From the IMG/VR virus record IMGVR_UViG_3300006737_000017, positions 1 through 64,000 of that record: DNA of 64,000 nucleotides. One strand, given 5' to 3'. A program made the translations under genes and the position numbers. The notes below the pieces were generated by a model. It saw only the letters and a program-made list of their open reading frames with translations. It ran no database searches and was not told the origin of the DNA. Source of the DNA: a virus. Below, in pieces: positions 22,193 through 32,763 of the stretch; position 1 is the stretch's first letter, and each line of letters begins with the position of its first letter.

Positions 22193-23126
22193 TACAGTAA
22201 ATATAAAAGATCCACTTGCAATGTCTAGAGAGGCAAAGCGTAGAGGTAAGAAAATGATTTCTAATTCTCAGATCAAGACTTATACTCAATGCCCTCACAA
22301 GTGGAAGACTATGTATATAGACGGAAACAAAGAATACCAACAATCTATATTCTTTACATTTGGTACAGCAATGCATGAAACTATACAGCATTTCTTAACT
22401 GTTATGTATAATCAAACTGCTAAAGCTGCTGAATCCTTAGATTTACCAAAATTGCTAAAAGAGAATATGAGCATTGCATATAAATCAGCATTGAAAAGAA
22501 ATAAGGGTGAGCATTTCACAAATAAATTTGATCTTGAAGATATATACAAACAAGGTGTTAATATACTAAATGAGTTTGTAAAGAAAAGAGGTCAACACTT
22601 TTCAAAAAAGAATACAGAATTATTAGGAATAGAAATTCCAATACTTATTGAATCTGATGTAAATTCTAATATATTGATTGGTGGTTTCTTAGATATCGTA
22701 ATGAAAGAACATGATAAGATAAAAATATACGATATCAAAACTTCATATAAAACTTGGGATAAGAAAAAGAAAAAAGAAGGCTCTTTTCAATTAAGATTAT
22801 ACAAAAAATACTTTGCAAAACAATATGATATATCAGAAGAGGACATAGATATAGAATTTTTCATTGTAAAAAGAAATGTATATGAAAATTGCGATTTCCC
22901 TCAAAGCAGAATACAAAGATTCTCTCCAGCTTCTGGTAAACCTACTATGGCAAAAACTGCAAAAGTAGCAAATGAATTTATAACTTCAGTTTTTAATGAA
23001 GATGGAAGCTATAATACAAATAGAAAATACGAGGCAATAGCAGGTGTTAAAGGGCACAACTGCAAATATTGCCCATTCAAAACAAACTATGATTTATGCC
23101 CTAAAGAAAATAGAATAAGGAGTTAA
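22182..23126 (+). CDS. PD-(D/E)xK exonuclease (Cas4/AddB-like)
   Basis: ISNSQI..Y..CP, FGTAMHE, GFLDIV, YDIKTS, QLRLY, C-terminal CKYC...C. Confidence 0.85.
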   Translation: MNFNTVNIKDPLAMSREAKRRGKKMISNSQIKTYTQCPHKWKTMYIDGNKEYQQSIFFTFGTAMHETIQHFLTVMYNQTAKAAESLDLPKLLKENMSIAYKSALKRNKGEHFTNKFDLEDIYKQGVNILNEFVKKRGQHFSKKNTELLGIEIPILIESDVNSNILIGGFLDIVMKEHDKIKIYDIKTSYKTWDKKKKKEGSFQLRLYKKYFAKQYDISEEDIDIEFFIVKRNVYENCDFPQSRIQRFSPASGKPTMAKTAKVANEFITSVFNEDGSYNTNRKYEAIAGVKGHNCKYCPFKTNYDLCPKENRIRS

Positions 23127-23128
23127 TT

Positions 23129-23365
23129 ATGACTATTAAGATGATTGAAACATTGATGAATATCGCAATTGCAGAAAGATCAAAAGCTCAAATGAATTTG
23201 AACATTTACTTATCTAATGGAGCAGCTATAGGTGAACACCCAGATGTAGTAGACGAAGCAAATAAATTAGTAGCAGCTGTAGCTGAAGCGGATGGAAAGA
23301 TTGAAGTTCTAAATAATTTAGTAAAAGAGTTACAAAGTCTTGAAGAAGCAAAACCTAAAAAATAG
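23129..23365 (+). CDS. Hypothetical protein
   Basis: IGEHPDVV helical protein, AGGAG upstream. Confidence 0.65.
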   Translation: MTIKMIETLMNIAIAERSKAQMNLNIYLSNGAAIGEHPDVVDEANKLVAAVAEADGKIEVLNNLVKELQSLEEAKPKK

Positions 23366-23576
23366 ACCTAAATTAGATTTACATGGTGTATTCCATAAAG
23401 AAGTTTTTAGTGAAGTTGATAAATTTGTTAGTGAAAATTTATATGCAAATGAAATAGAAATAGTAACAGGTTATAGTAATAGAATGAAAGATTTAGTTCA
23501 ATTAGTTTTATCAGACTATAAATTAAAAGGTGAATGCCCTCCATACAACGATGGAACTTTAATAGTTAAATTATGA
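23340..23576 (+). CDS. Smr-domain protein
   Basis: LDLHG, IEIVTG, NDGTLIV. Confidence 0.75.
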   Translation: MKKQNLKNRPKLDLHGVFHKEVFSEVDKFVSENLYANEIEIVTGYSNRMKDLVQLVLSDYKLKGECPPYNDGTLIVKL

Positions 23577-23920
23577 AAATAAGATTATCAATACAAGACA
23601 GTAAAATATTAAAAAAGAATGAAACTTATACTTTACTAGATAATACGAAATTAAATAATCTAGTTGTATCTAAAACTATATTACATCCAGGACAAGAAAC
23701 AAATGGTCACAAACATCCAGGACAAGAAGAAGTATATATGTTTACTTCTGGTCATGGTAAAATGGAAGTTAATCCTGAATGGAGAAAGGGGGCAGGATTC
23801 TTTGTTAATCCCGGCGATGTCGTACTAATACCAGATGGATATTTCCATAAAGTATGGAATGAAAGTGAGACAGAAGATTTAATATTTGTATGCGTATTTG
23901 ATGGAAAAAGAAATCATTAA
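23573..23920 (+). CDS. Cupin-domain protein
   Basis: GHKHPGQEEVY...GDVVLIPDGYFHKVWN. Confidence 0.85.
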   Translation: MKIRLSIQDSKILKKNETYTLLDNTKLNNLVVSKTILHPGQETNGHKHPGQEEVYMFTSGHGKMEVNPEWRKGAGFFVNPGDVVLIPDGYFHKVWNESETEDLIFVCVFDGKRNH

Positions 23921-23923
23921 AAT

Positions 23924-23952
23924 TTGGATATGTCGTAAAAATTTATTATATT
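23924..23952 (+). promoter_or_regulatory. Conserved phage promoter, copy 8
   Basis: TTGGATATGTC-N12-TATATT; ATG 6 nt downstream. Confidence 0.75.
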
Positions 23953-23958
23953 AATAAA

Positions 23959-24366
23959 ATGAAAAGAAAAATAGGTATAGTAGGAAGTAAAGAATATTCT
24001 AATAAGAGAAAAGTTAAAGACACTATATTCGAATTGAAAAAAAGATTTGGTGAAGAAGTAGAAATAGTTTCAGGTGGTTGTTCTCATGGTGCTGATAGGT
24101 ATGCAAAGAAATACGCATTAGATTTCCAATTATCATATAAAGAATTTAACCCAGCTCATACAGTTCAAAATTTATATTCTGCATTGAATGAAAATTATTA
24201 TAACAAACAATATGCACCAAAAAACTTTTTTCATAGGAATAAACTTCTTGCTAGATACGTAGATTATATAATTGCTTTTATCCCAGAAGGTGTTAATGCA
24301 AATGGAACCATGGATACAATAAAGCATGCAAAAAAATTAGGTAAAAAAATAGTGATAATTACTTAA
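23959..24366 (+). CDS. SLOG-superfamily (DprA/YspA-like) protein
   Basis: IGIVGS, IVSGGC.HGAD, RNKLL, NGTMDTI..A. Confidence 0.75.
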   Translation: MKRKIGIVGSKEYSNKRKVKDTIFELKKRFGEEVEIVSGGCSHGADRYAKKYALDFQLSYKEFNPAHTVQNLYSALNENYYNKQYAPKNFFHRNKLLARYVDYIIAFIPEGVNANGTMDTIKHAKKLGKKIVIIT

Positions 24367-24409
24367 CTTTCGATATATATCTATATATTTATATACGAAG
24401 GAAATGGTT

Positions 24410-24583
24410 ATGAAATACAAAGAAAACAAACTAACATCGGTTAACGTTAACGATAATAATCGTAAAGAATTCAAGAAGCTTGCAATTGATGAAGAAATAA
24501 CATTCCAAAAGCTTGTTAATATAGCTTTGGAGTTATATATAACTGATGTGAAGTTTAGACGTCAAATAAACAAAAGGAGATAG
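24410..24583 (+). CDS. Small ribbon-helix-helix-like DNA-binding protein (not in ORF track)
   Basis: Manual translation MKYKENKLTSVNVNDNNRKEFKKLAIDEEITFQKLVNIALELYITDVKFRRQINKRR; sits at the head of the glycosylation cluster. Confidence 0.55.
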   Translation: MKYKENKLTSVNVNDNNRKEFKKLAIDEEITFQKLVNIALELYITDVKFRRQINKRR

Positions 24584-24588
24584 GTTAT

Positions 24589-26034
24589 ATGAAACTTCCA
24601 TCATTGAAGAAAGCAAAGAAAAAGTCTTACAAGAAAAAGATTTTATTATTATCTGATGATCTAAGGTTAAAGTCTGGTGTAGGGACTATGTCTAAGGAAA
24701 TCATTAGAGGAACATTACACAAATACGATTGGGTTCAAATAGGAGGAGCTCTAAATCACCCAGATGAAGGCAAAGGCTTAGTAGACCTTTCAGAAGAATT
24801 TCAAAAATCAACTGGTGTAGGTGATGCTTCAGTTAAAGTAATACCATGTGCAGGATATGGTAATCAGCAATTGTTAAGAGCAGTGATAAAAGATCATAAA
24901 CCAGATGTTATATGTCACTTTACTGATCCTAGATTTTGGGACTGGCTTTATCAAATGGAACATGAAATTAGACAAACTACTCCTATCACCTATCTTAATA
25001 TTTGGGACGATTTACCTTTCCCTCATTGGAATGAAAATGCATACGAATCTTGCGATTTGCTAATGGCAATTTCAAAGCAAACTTATAATATAAACAAGCA
25101 CGTTTGCCAAAGAAAACCAAGAGTAGAAGGTAAAGATTTATTCTACGTACAACATGGTATAGATGAAAATATTTTTAAGCCTATAGATAAATCAACAGAA
25201 GAATTTAAGAAATTTCAATCTGAAGTATTAGGTGGTAAAGAAAAAGATTTTATATTATTTTTTAATTCAAGAAATATTAGAAGAAAATCGCCATCTGATT
25301 TAATACTTGGTTATAGTAAATTCTGTGAACAATTGACAAAGGAACAAGCCGATAAATGCTTATTACTAATGCATACAGATGCAGTAGACCCTAATGGTAC
25401 AGATCTACCAGCTGTTATGAGAGCACTATCACCTAAATACGATGTTAGGTTTAGTACTCAAAAAATGGACGAGAAATTCTTAAACTATTTATATAATGTA
25501 GTAGATGTTACATGCAATCCTTCTTCAGCAGAAGGTTTTGGTTTATCTCATATGGAATCTCTGATGGCTGGTACTCCAACTATAACATCTGTCATTGGTG
25601 GTTTACAAGATCAAATGGGATTCAAAGTAAATGGAGAAGAATTCAGCGTTAAGCATTTATCAGCTGATATGCCTAGTAATTCTACAGGAGAGATATCTAC
25701 AGAACATGGAGAATGGACTTTACCTTTATGGCCTCAATTAAATTTACAAGGTTCACCAGCAACTCCCTATATATACGATTCTAAAAGTAGCATAAGTCAA
25801 ATAACAAATCAAATGAAAGTTTGGTATGATTTAGGACCAGAAGAAAGAAAAAGAAGAGGATTAGCTGGAAGGAATTGGGCTATTGAAAATGGCTTTAACC
25901 ATGTTGGTATGGCTAATGCATTCATTAAAGCAACAGAAGCTTGTCTTGAAAATTTTCAACCAAGAGCAAGTTATACATTAGAAAAAGTTGAAGTTAATCC
26001 AAAAGAAGTATATCCAGCAGGAGTTATATTATGA
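24589..26034 (+). CDS. GT-B (GT4-like) glycosyltransferase
   Basis: RNIRRK, EGFGLSHMESLMAGTP, GGLQDQ. Confidence 0.88.
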   Translation: MKLPSLKKAKKKSYKKKILLLSDDLRLKSGVGTMSKEIIRGTLHKYDWVQIGGALNHPDEGKGLVDLSEEFQKSTGVGDASVKVIPCAGYGNQQLLRAVIKDHKPDVICHFTDPRFWDWLYQMEHEIRQTTPITYLNIWDDLPFPHWNENAYESCDLLMAISKQTYNINKHVCQRKPRVEGKDLFYVQHGIDENIFKPIDKSTEEFKKFQSEVLGGKEKDFILFFNSRNIRRKSPSDLILGYSKFCEQLTKEQADKCLLLMHTDAVDPNGTDLPAVMRALSPKYDVRFSTQKMDEKFLNYLYNVVDVTCNPSSAEGFGLSHMESLMAGTPTITSVIGGLQDQMGFKVNGEEFSVKHLSADMPSNSTGEISTEHGEWTLPLWPQLNLQGSPATPYIYDSKSSISQITNQMKVWYDLGPEERKRRGLAGRNWAIENGFNHVGMANAFIKATEACLENFQPRASYTLEKVEVNPKEVYPAGVIL

Positions 26035-27299
26035 AACAAAATTTAGTTATTAGTTGCCCATCAACAAGTAGATCTGGTTACGGAGATCATGCTAGAGATT
26101 TAATTAGAAGTTTAATTTCTATGGACAAATTCAATGTTAGAATATTAGATCAAAGATGGGGAGTATGCCCACAGAACGCATTGACAGAAGAAGATGAAGA
26201 CATAAGCTCTAGAATTATTTGGGATGGGAAGTTATCACAAAAACCCGACGTTTGGATACAAGTTACTGTTCCCAATGAATTCCAAGCAGTAGGTGAATAT
26301 AATATAGGTATAACTGCTGGAATGGAAACTACACTTGTTGATCCAACATGGTTAGAAGGTTGCAACAGAATGGATAAAATCATAGTTCCATCTGAACATT
26401 CTAAAAATGTATTTGTACAATCTAAATATGATAAACATGATAAGAAGACTAACACAAAGACTGGAGAATTAAAACTTGAAGTTCCATGTGAAGTTCTATT
26501 TGAAGGGTCAGACATGAATATATTCAAAAAGACCAAAGATATACCAGTAACAGTAATAGAATCTATGAAAGAAGTAAAAGAAGAATTTTGTTTCTTAAAC
26601 GTTGGTCACTGGTTGCAAGGAGATTTTGGTCATGATAGAAAAGATGTTGGAGGAGTAATAAAAGTTTTCTGTGATACATTTAATGGTATAAGGAAAAAAC
26701 CAGCATTAATTATAAAAACTTCTGGTGCTACATATTCTATACAGGACAAACAACAAATTTTACATAAATTCAGAGCAGTAATGAGAACTGTAAAGAATTT
26801 AGATGTTAGCGTTTATTTATTGCATGGAGATATGAAGCCAGAAGAATTGAATGGTTTATATAATCACCCTAAAGTAAAAGCGATGGTTAGCTTTACTCAC
26901 GGCGAAGGATATGGAAGACCATTACAAGAATTTAGTATTACTGGTAAACCTACTATAGCACCTGGTTGGTCTGGTCAAGTAGATTTCCTATCGCAATATG
27001 GAGTATTATTGAAAGGTAAAGTACAACAGGTACACCCATCAGCTGCACAAGAAAAAATGATATTAAAAGAATCTGGTTGGTTTTACGTTGATGTAAATTA
27101 TGCAACGGCTGTATTTAAGGACGTCTACAAAAATTATAAAAAATATTTAGAAACTACTAGAAAGCAAACTCAATATATAAAAGAGAATTTTACATTAGAT
27201 TTAATGAAAGAAAAATTCAAAGCTATGATGGGATCTATACCAACAAAAGCCGAGAGAGTAGAATTTAATTTACCAAAATTGGAGAAACAAAATGCATAG
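26031..27299 (+). CDS. GT-B (GT4-like) glycosyltransferase
   Basis: SRSGYG, DRKDV, GEGYGRPLQEF, WSGQVDF. Confidence 0.85.
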   Translation: MKQNLVISCPSTSRSGYGDHARDLIRSLISMDKFNVRILDQRWGVCPQNALTEEDEDISSRIIWDGKLSQKPDVWIQVTVPNEFQAVGEYNIGITAGMETTLVDPTWLEGCNRMDKIIVPSEHSKNVFVQSKYDKHDKKTNTKTGELKLEVPCEVLFEGSDMNIFKKTKDIPVTVIESMKEVKEEFCFLNVGHWLQGDFGHDRKDVGGVIKVFCDTFNGIRKKPALIIKTSGATYSIQDKQQILHKFRAVMRTVKNLDVSVYLLHGDMKPEELNGLYNHPKVKAMVSFTHGEGYGRPLQEFSITGKPTIAPGWSGQVDFLSQYGVLLKGKVQQVHPSAAQEKMILKESGWFYVDVNYATAVFKDVYKNYKKYLETTRKQTQYIKENFTLDLMKEKFKAMMGSIPTKAERVEFNLPKLEKQNA

Positions 27300-27750
27300 A
27301 GTAAACAATGACGATTGGCAGACAAGCCCAATCACGAATAGAAAAGAAGTACTAATAGAATACGACGATAAAGACCGTGAACAAAAATTTTGCATTGGCA
27401 GCGGGTTCTTTACAAATGAATTTCCACTTAATTATAAAAAGAATCCAGATTTTCAAATTGAAAACTATGAAAAGAATATGCCTCAATTAATGAAAGATTT
27501 AAGATTTGATGATGGAGAGTCATATTGGTATCCAACAACGATTCAATTGAAAGATGGTATAGTATTTCCAGATGGAGAATCTAAAGAAGATTGGAAATGG
27601 TGTTATGCACCAATTACTGAATTAGAGGATAAAGAAAAAGTTGGTGAATTTGTTTCTAAAATAGATATGGATAAAGCTGAAAGATTTGATAGATTTTTAG
27701 AAGCTAGTAAAAAATTAAACGGAGTAGATTTAGATGAATTATCTGAGTGA
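27292..27750 (+). CDS. Hypothetical protein
   Basis: 152 aa, overlaps both neighbours. Confidence 0.6.
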   Translation: MHRVNNDDWQTSPITNRKEVLIEYDDKDREQKFCIGSGFFTNEFPLNYKKNPDFQIENYEKNMPQLMKDLRFDDGESYWYPTTIQLKDGIVFPDGESKEDWKWCYAPITELEDKEKVGEFVSKIDMDKAERFDRFLEASKKLNGVDLDELSE

Positions 27751-28168
27751 GCATCGTACTAAACAGGGTAGAAAGTATCAAATATCTAAAGCTGGATTGC
27801 AGAAAGGAATGATAGTATCTTGTAGATACACGAATAAGAAAGGTCAATCAGAAAACAAGATGATAGTAATACTTAACCCTGGTTACAAGGGTAAAATACA
27901 TGCACTATCTTTATCCAGATTCAGTTCCAAAAAGTTTAACAAATTAGCTGAAACAGTTGGAATAAGAGTTATACCAAAGTATGAAACAAGAGGCTTAGAA
28001 ATTCCGAAGTTGGCAATGGACCAATCTTCAAATCGTTTTTATAGCGCTTACTTAAAAGATGTTAAAAGTGAATATAACGATGCTTATAGAACTTACTTTG
28101 CTAATAAACTTTCAGTTCCTTTTGTAATTGATTATAATTTTGATAAAAAAGATACACTATTATTATGA
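27734..28168 (+). CDS. Hypothetical basic protein
   Basis: 144 aa, translationally coupled. Confidence 0.6.
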   Translation: MNYLSEHRTKQGRKYQISKAGLQKGMIVSCRYTNKKGQSENKMIVILNPGYKGKIHALSLSRFSSKKFNKLAETVGIRVIPKYETRGLEIPKLAMDQSSNRFYSAYLKDVKSEYNDAYRTYFANKLSVPFVIDYNFDKKDTLLL

Positions 28169-28593
28169 TAACAGGATTCACAGCAGGTAACTTTGATATA
28201 TTACATCCAGGTTACATAAAAACTTTCAAAGCAGCAAAAGAACATTGCGACAGATTTCTTGTATTTTTACAAAGAGATCCATCATTGCACAGGAAAAGTA
28301 AATACAAACCGATAATACCTTTGTATGATAGATATGAAACGCTAATGGCAATAAAATATATAGATGAGGTATATACATACCAAACGGAAGAGGAATTATA
28401 CGAATTAATAAAGTTTTGGAAACCTCAAATTAGAATACTAGGAGAAGATTACATAGGAAAACCTTTTACTGGAGAAGATCTTCCACCAAAGGTAATATAC
28501 ACAACTAGATCTCACGACTGGTCAACTACTAAATTGAAGGACTTGATTACAAAACAGACAATCAAACAAAACCCGGAGATACTTAAAAAATGA
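28165..28593 (+). CDS. Cytidylyltransferase (TagD/RfaE-like)
   Basis: GNFDILHPGY, ILGEDY, WSTTKLK. Confidence 0.85.
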   Translation: MITGFTAGNFDILHPGYIKTFKAAKEHCDRFLVFLQRDPSLHRKSKYKPIIPLYDRYETLMAIKYIDEVYTYQTEEELYELIKFWKPQIRILGEDYIGKPFTGEDLPPKVIYTTRSHDWSTTKLKDLITKQTIKQNPEILKK

Positions 28594-29219
28594 AAATAAC
28601 CTACGCAATTACAGTATGCAATGAGCATAAAGAAATAGAAAAGCTATTAACTTTTATATTCGAAAACAAAAGACTTGAAGATCAAGTAGTAGTTCAAATG
28701 GACAAAGACAACGTTACAGACAAAGTTTGGGATGTATGCGAAAGATTTGAAAATAGACAAGCAACTGAATACAGCTTGATACAGCATTCATTAAACAAGA
28801 ACTTTGCAGAATATAAAAATCATCTAAATAAAAATTGTTCTGGTGATTGGATATTTCAAATAGACGCAGATGAAATACCAAACCCATATTTAATTGAAGC
28901 TTTACCTTTCATACTAGAAGCTAACCAGGATACTGAAGCTTTTTGGGTACCTAGAGTAAATACTGTTGAAGGTATTACTGATGCTCATATTGCAAAGTGG
29001 GGCTGGAGATTAGATGAAAATAATTGGGTTAACTTCCCTGATTGGCAAATGAGAATATATAGAAACAAAGAAGAAATATATTGGATTAAACCTGTACATG
29101 AACAATTGAAAGGTTATACTAAATTTGCTAATTTACCAGCAGATGAAAAATTTGCATTATATCATCCAAAGAAAATTGGAAGACAAGAAAAGCAAAATGA
29201 ATTTTACGAGACTATCTAA
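28590..29219 (+). CDS. GT2-family glycosyltransferase
   Basis: ITVCNE, WIFQIDADE, PVHEQL. Confidence 0.85.
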   Translation: MKITYAITVCNEHKEIEKLLTFIFENKRLEDQVVVQMDKDNVTDKVWDVCERFENRQATEYSLIQHSLNKNFAEYKNHLNKNCSGDWIFQIDADEIPNPYLIEALPFILEANQDTEAFWVPRVNTVEGITDAHIAKWGWRLDENNWVNFPDWQMRIYRNKEEIYWIKPVHEQLKGYTKFANLPADEKFALYHPKKIGRQEKQNEFYETI

Positions 29220-29803
29220 TGAAAATTCTAATCTATGGTTCAGCTCATTTAACAAGTGAGACTTGTAAAGTATTAAAAGACCATTACGATTTAGTTGGTC
29301 ATATACCATCTGTAAACCCAGTTATAGCTGGAGATATGGAATTACCAATAGTAACTGAATACGTAGATCACGATATAAAATTATCTTTGCAATATAATGT
29401 TAAAATGCAAAACATAGAAAACGCATACAATGTTCATACAGGTTTATTACCTCTATGGGGCGGACAAGATATTTTATACCATACGATAAAAGAAAAAGCA
29501 AAAAGACAAGGGTTAACTTTTCACAAGATGTCTAAAGACTTTGACTATGGAAATATAATTTCAAAGACAACTTACCCAGTTTTTGAAGAAGATGACATGA
29601 TAGATTTATACTCTAAAATGACTGCTATATTTCCAGGCTTTGTATTAAGTTCTCTAAAACTTTTAGAAAACTTAGGAAATGAAAATGTAAACAAATGCCA
29701 AAAGAAAAGGCCTAGATTATTCAAAAGGGGTAAAATAGATTCATCAGACATGAATGTTTATAAAGAAACTTTACCAATATTGAGAAAGCTTTATGAAAAA
29801 TAA
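29219..29803 (+). CDS. N-formyltransferase-like protein
   Basis: YNVHTGLLPLWGG, GLTFHKM..DFDYGNII. Confidence 0.75.
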   Translation: MKILIYGSAHLTSETCKVLKDHYDLVGHIPSVNPVIAGDMELPIVTEYVDHDIKLSLQYNVKMQNIENAYNVHTGLLPLWGGQDILYHTIKEKAKRQGLTFHKMSKDFDYGNIISKTTYPVFEEDDMIDLYSKMTAIFPGFVLSSLKLLENLGNENVNKCQKKRPRLFKRGKIDSSDMNVYKETLPILRKLYEK

Positions 29804-30491
29804 ATCTTGTAATGTAATAGTTTATTGGTCTGGTGAAAGGCGAAGATCTAATGGAACTGGTTATGCAATAAAACTATTAAAGTATAATATAGAAATTGCA
29901 AAGACTACAAATGGTGGATGCCCTTATGATACTATAATAGTTAACAATGAAAATGCAAATGCAACTGATGAAGTTAAAGAATTATTAAAAAGTATAGATG
30001 GACAGAAAACTTTTAATGGTAAATTTATAGTTTTGAATAGACCTAACGTAGGAATTTCAATGGGAGCTTACTCTCATGCATACGAAAAGCTAAGAGAGGA
30101 ATATCAATGGTGGCACTTTACTGAAGACGATTACATCTATAACGTAAAAGATTGGTACAAAGAAACAAAGAAATTTTATAACAGTAAAGAAAACGTTGGT
30201 GCAGTTGCAACTCTTGGTTCAAATGGTAATCATATAGATGGAGGTATTGGATTATACAAAAGAGAGATACTAGATTTATATTATAAAGATCACGGTAGAT
30301 TATGCTGGAAAGATACTAATGCTTATGACTTTTCAAATGAAATAGGTTTTTCAAATGTATATTATAATATGGGCTATGGCTTATTGCAAATACCAAAGTG
30401 TTATTATATAAGATGGGGAAATGCTCATGGACAAGCACAAAAAGAATCTACTCACTTTGGAAAAGAAGCACCTTATATAGGAGAATGGTAA
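29793..30491 (+). CDS. GT-A-like glycosyltransferase
   Basis: RPNVGISMGAY, FTEDD. Confidence 0.6.
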   Translation: MKNKSCNVIVYWSGERRRSNGTGYAIKLLKYNIEIAKTTNGGCPYDTIIVNNENANATDEVKELLKSIDGQKTFNGKFIVLNRPNVGISMGAYSHAYEKLREEYQWWHFTEDDYIYNVKDWYKETKKFYNSKENVGAVATLGSNGNHIDGGIGLYKREILDLYYKDHGRLCWKDTNAYDFSNEIGFSNVYYNMGYGLLQIPKCYYIRWGNAHGQAQKESTHFGKEAPYIGEW

Positions 30492-31141
30492 TGAATAAAA
30501 TAAAATACGATACAAAAAAATATAATTTTATAGAATGTTTTCAAAAAATATTCGAATGCGAAGATTTACAAAATGTACATAGAGATTGGAATTTAGCAAG
30601 AGAATATGAATTATTGGATAGAGTAGAAATAGACCAAGATACAGTTTATCATAAACACTTTTACGACAATATAGGTAATACAGATTACTATAATATTTAC
30701 AAAAAATTTATAAGTGAAGTTGTATCTAATTTATTTGATGAAGAAATATTATATCAAAAGATACCAACGTTTAGAATCCATCAACCTGGCAACCTTGCTG
30801 TAGCAGCTTATCATAGAGATAGAGATTATAATCATTCTACTTATGAAAAGAATTTCTTTTTACCATTAACCGATGCATTTGGAAATAATACTATCTGGGC
30901 TGAGACTGTTGAAGGTAAAGGTGATTATCAACCTATGGAAGCTAAGCTTGGAGAATTTATTATGTGGGACGGTCCAAACTTAGAGCATGGAAACAAAACA
31001 AACGATACACGATTTTCAAGAATTAGTATAGATTTTAGAATATTACCGTTATCTAAATATGTAAAAACAGATTTGGAAAGCACTTCTATACAAACAAAAA
31101 TGAACTTAAACGAATATTGGGAAAAAGTGAGTAAGATATGA
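30491..31141 (+). CDS. StrG-like / 2OG-Fe(II) oxygenase-fold protein
   Basis: YQKIPTFR, YHRD, LPLT, HGNKTN.T..SRISIDFR; start chosen at the TAATG overlap. Confidence 0.7.
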   Translation: MNKIKYDTKKYNFIECFQKIFECEDLQNVHRDWNLAREYELLDRVEIDQDTVYHKHFYDNIGNTDYYNIYKKFISEVVSNLFDEEILYQKIPTFRIHQPGNLAVAAYHRDRDYNHSTYEKNFFLPLTDAFGNNTIWAETVEGKGDYQPMEAKLGEFIMWDGPNLEHGNKTNDTRFSRISIDFRILPLSKYVKTDLESTSIQTKMNLNEYWEKVSKI

Positions 31142-32316
31142 AAAAAGAATTTTTAGATTTAGGTAATCAACCTATTGCAAATAGTTTCTTAGAAGTTATA
31201 CCTGGTGGCTATGGCTATGCAGGAGAAGACTTCTTTTACAATTTAAGAATGGGTTTTGATTGTGAAACATGTTTAGTAACACAAATGGAATATGTAGATC
31301 CTCCAAAAATGTTCAATGAGCATTATGTATATAGAGGGTCAATGTCTAAAACTATGCAAAAACATTTCAAGGAGTTTTCAAAAACAATTAGTAAAGAATT
31401 AAAAGTTTTAGAAATTGGAAGTAATGATGGGGTATTCATTAAAAACTTTTCAACTAAAAATGCAATTGGTGTTGAACCTTGTGCTAATTTTGCAAAAGAA
31501 ACGCAAGATATGGGATACACAACCTATCCTGAATTTTGGACTCAAGATTTAGCTAATACTATTAATGCAGAATTTGGAAAACAAGATGTTATATTTTCAG
31601 CAAATTGTATTTCTCATATACCAGACTTAGATGAAACATTCAAAGCTGTAGAATCCCTGTTATCAGAAGATGGTGTATTTATATTTGAAGACCCTTCACT
31701 AGCTCAAATGATTAATAATAATTCTTATGATCAAATATACGATGAGCATGTACATATATTATCAGTTACAGCATTGGATAATATCTTAAAAAGAAATGGA
31801 TTGCAAATAGTATTAGTAGACAATCTTTCTGTTCACGGGGGATCCAATAGAATTTATGCTAAAAGAATTGGAAATAAAATTGGAGATTCTTATTATAGCA
31901 ATTTAACTTATGAAAGAATATTAGGTCTAGATAACATAGAAACTTTCAAAAGGTTTGCTAAAAGAGTAGAACAATCTAAAAACGATTTAATTGAAATTTT
32001 ATCTAACTGTAAAAAGAATAATAAAAAAGTTATTAGTTATGGCGCAACCTCTAAGTCTACAACTGTATTTAATTATTGTGGAATAACGCCTTCTCTAATT
32101 CCATATATAACAGATACAACGCCAGAAAAGCAAAATACTTTATCTCCAGGAGTTCATATTCCAGTTTATGAACCATCAAGTAAAATACCATCAGATGTAG
32201 ATTACGTTTTCCTAGGAGCTTGGAATTTCCTAACTGAGATTGAAGAAAAAGAAACAGAGTTTAGAGAAAGAGGTGGTAAATTTATAACGCATATACCAAA
32301 CGTTAGAGTAATATAA
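31138..32316 (+). CDS. NDP-hexose C-methyltransferase
   Basis: LDLGNQPIAN, LEIGSNDG, YDQIYDEH, VHGGSNR, YGATSKS, LGAWN. Confidence 0.88.
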   Translation: MKKEFLDLGNQPIANSFLEVIPGGYGYAGEDFFYNLRMGFDCETCLVTQMEYVDPPKMFNEHYVYRGSMSKTMQKHFKEFSKTISKELKVLEIGSNDGVFIKNFSTKNAIGVEPCANFAKETQDMGYTTYPEFWTQDLANTINAEFGKQDVIFSANCISHIPDLDETFKAVESLLSEDGVFIFEDPSLAQMINNNSYDQIYDEHVHILSVTALDNILKRNGLQIVLVDNLSVHGGSNRIYAKRIGNKIGDSYYSNLTYERILGLDNIETFKRFAKRVEQSKNDLIEILSNCKKNNKKVISYGATSKSTTVFNYCGITPSLIPYITDTTPEKQNTLSPGVHIPVYEPSSKIPSDVDYVFLGAWNFLTEIEEKETEFRERGGKFITHIPNVRVI

Positions 32317-32317
32317 T

Positions 32318-32346
32318 TTGGATATGTCAAAAAAAATGATTATATT
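32318..32346 (+). promoter_or_regulatory. Conserved phage promoter, copy 9
   Basis: TTGGATATGTC-N12-TATATT; ATG 6 nt downstream. Confidence 0.75.
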
Positions 32347-32352
32347 AGTATT

Positions 32353-32763
32353 ATGAATTACAAATTTCAAAACATACCATATCACGAAGATGATAGAGCT
32401 CAAAGATATTTGGATGTCTTTGAAAATTTAGGACCAGGGCAAATAAATATATCAACTGTTAATTCTACGAATCATATAGTTGCATGGCACAAACACAATA
32501 TACAGACTGATTATTGGGTTTGTATCAAAGGTTCTTTCAAAATAGGATTAGCAACTCATGAAGAAGGTGCTACATTCGAATACCTTTCAGACAGAAACCC
32601 AAGAGTTTTAGAAATACCACCTGGTATATATCACGGGTATAAAGCATTGGAGCCTGGGTCTATATTAATGTATTTCATGACTGAAAAATATAATAATGGT
32701 GCTGATGAGTTTAGAGCATTAGTTGGAGAATTTGGAGAAAAATGGAAAACAGAAAACAAATAA
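32353..32763 (+). CDS. RmlC-like dTDP-sugar epimerase (cupin)
   Basis: HEDDR, AWHKH..QTD, IPPGIYHGY. Confidence 0.75.
   Translation: MNYKFQNIPYHEDDRAQRYLDVFENLGPGQINISTVNSTNHIVAWHKHNIQTDYWVCIKGSFKIGLATHEEGATFEYLSDRNPRVLEIPPGIYHGYKALEPGSILMYFMTEKYNNGADEFRALVGEFGEKWKTENK

Noticed and set aside
22182-23126. Cas4-like nuclease as evidence of a CRISPR-Cas system
   Set aside because: No array or other cas genes; solo PD-(D/E)xK exonucleases are common in phages.
23683-23728. 16-nt direct repeat ACATCCAGGACAAGAA in the cupin gene
   Set aside because: It encodes HPGQE twice within the normal cupin motif region; nothing suggests a regulatory or mobile role.
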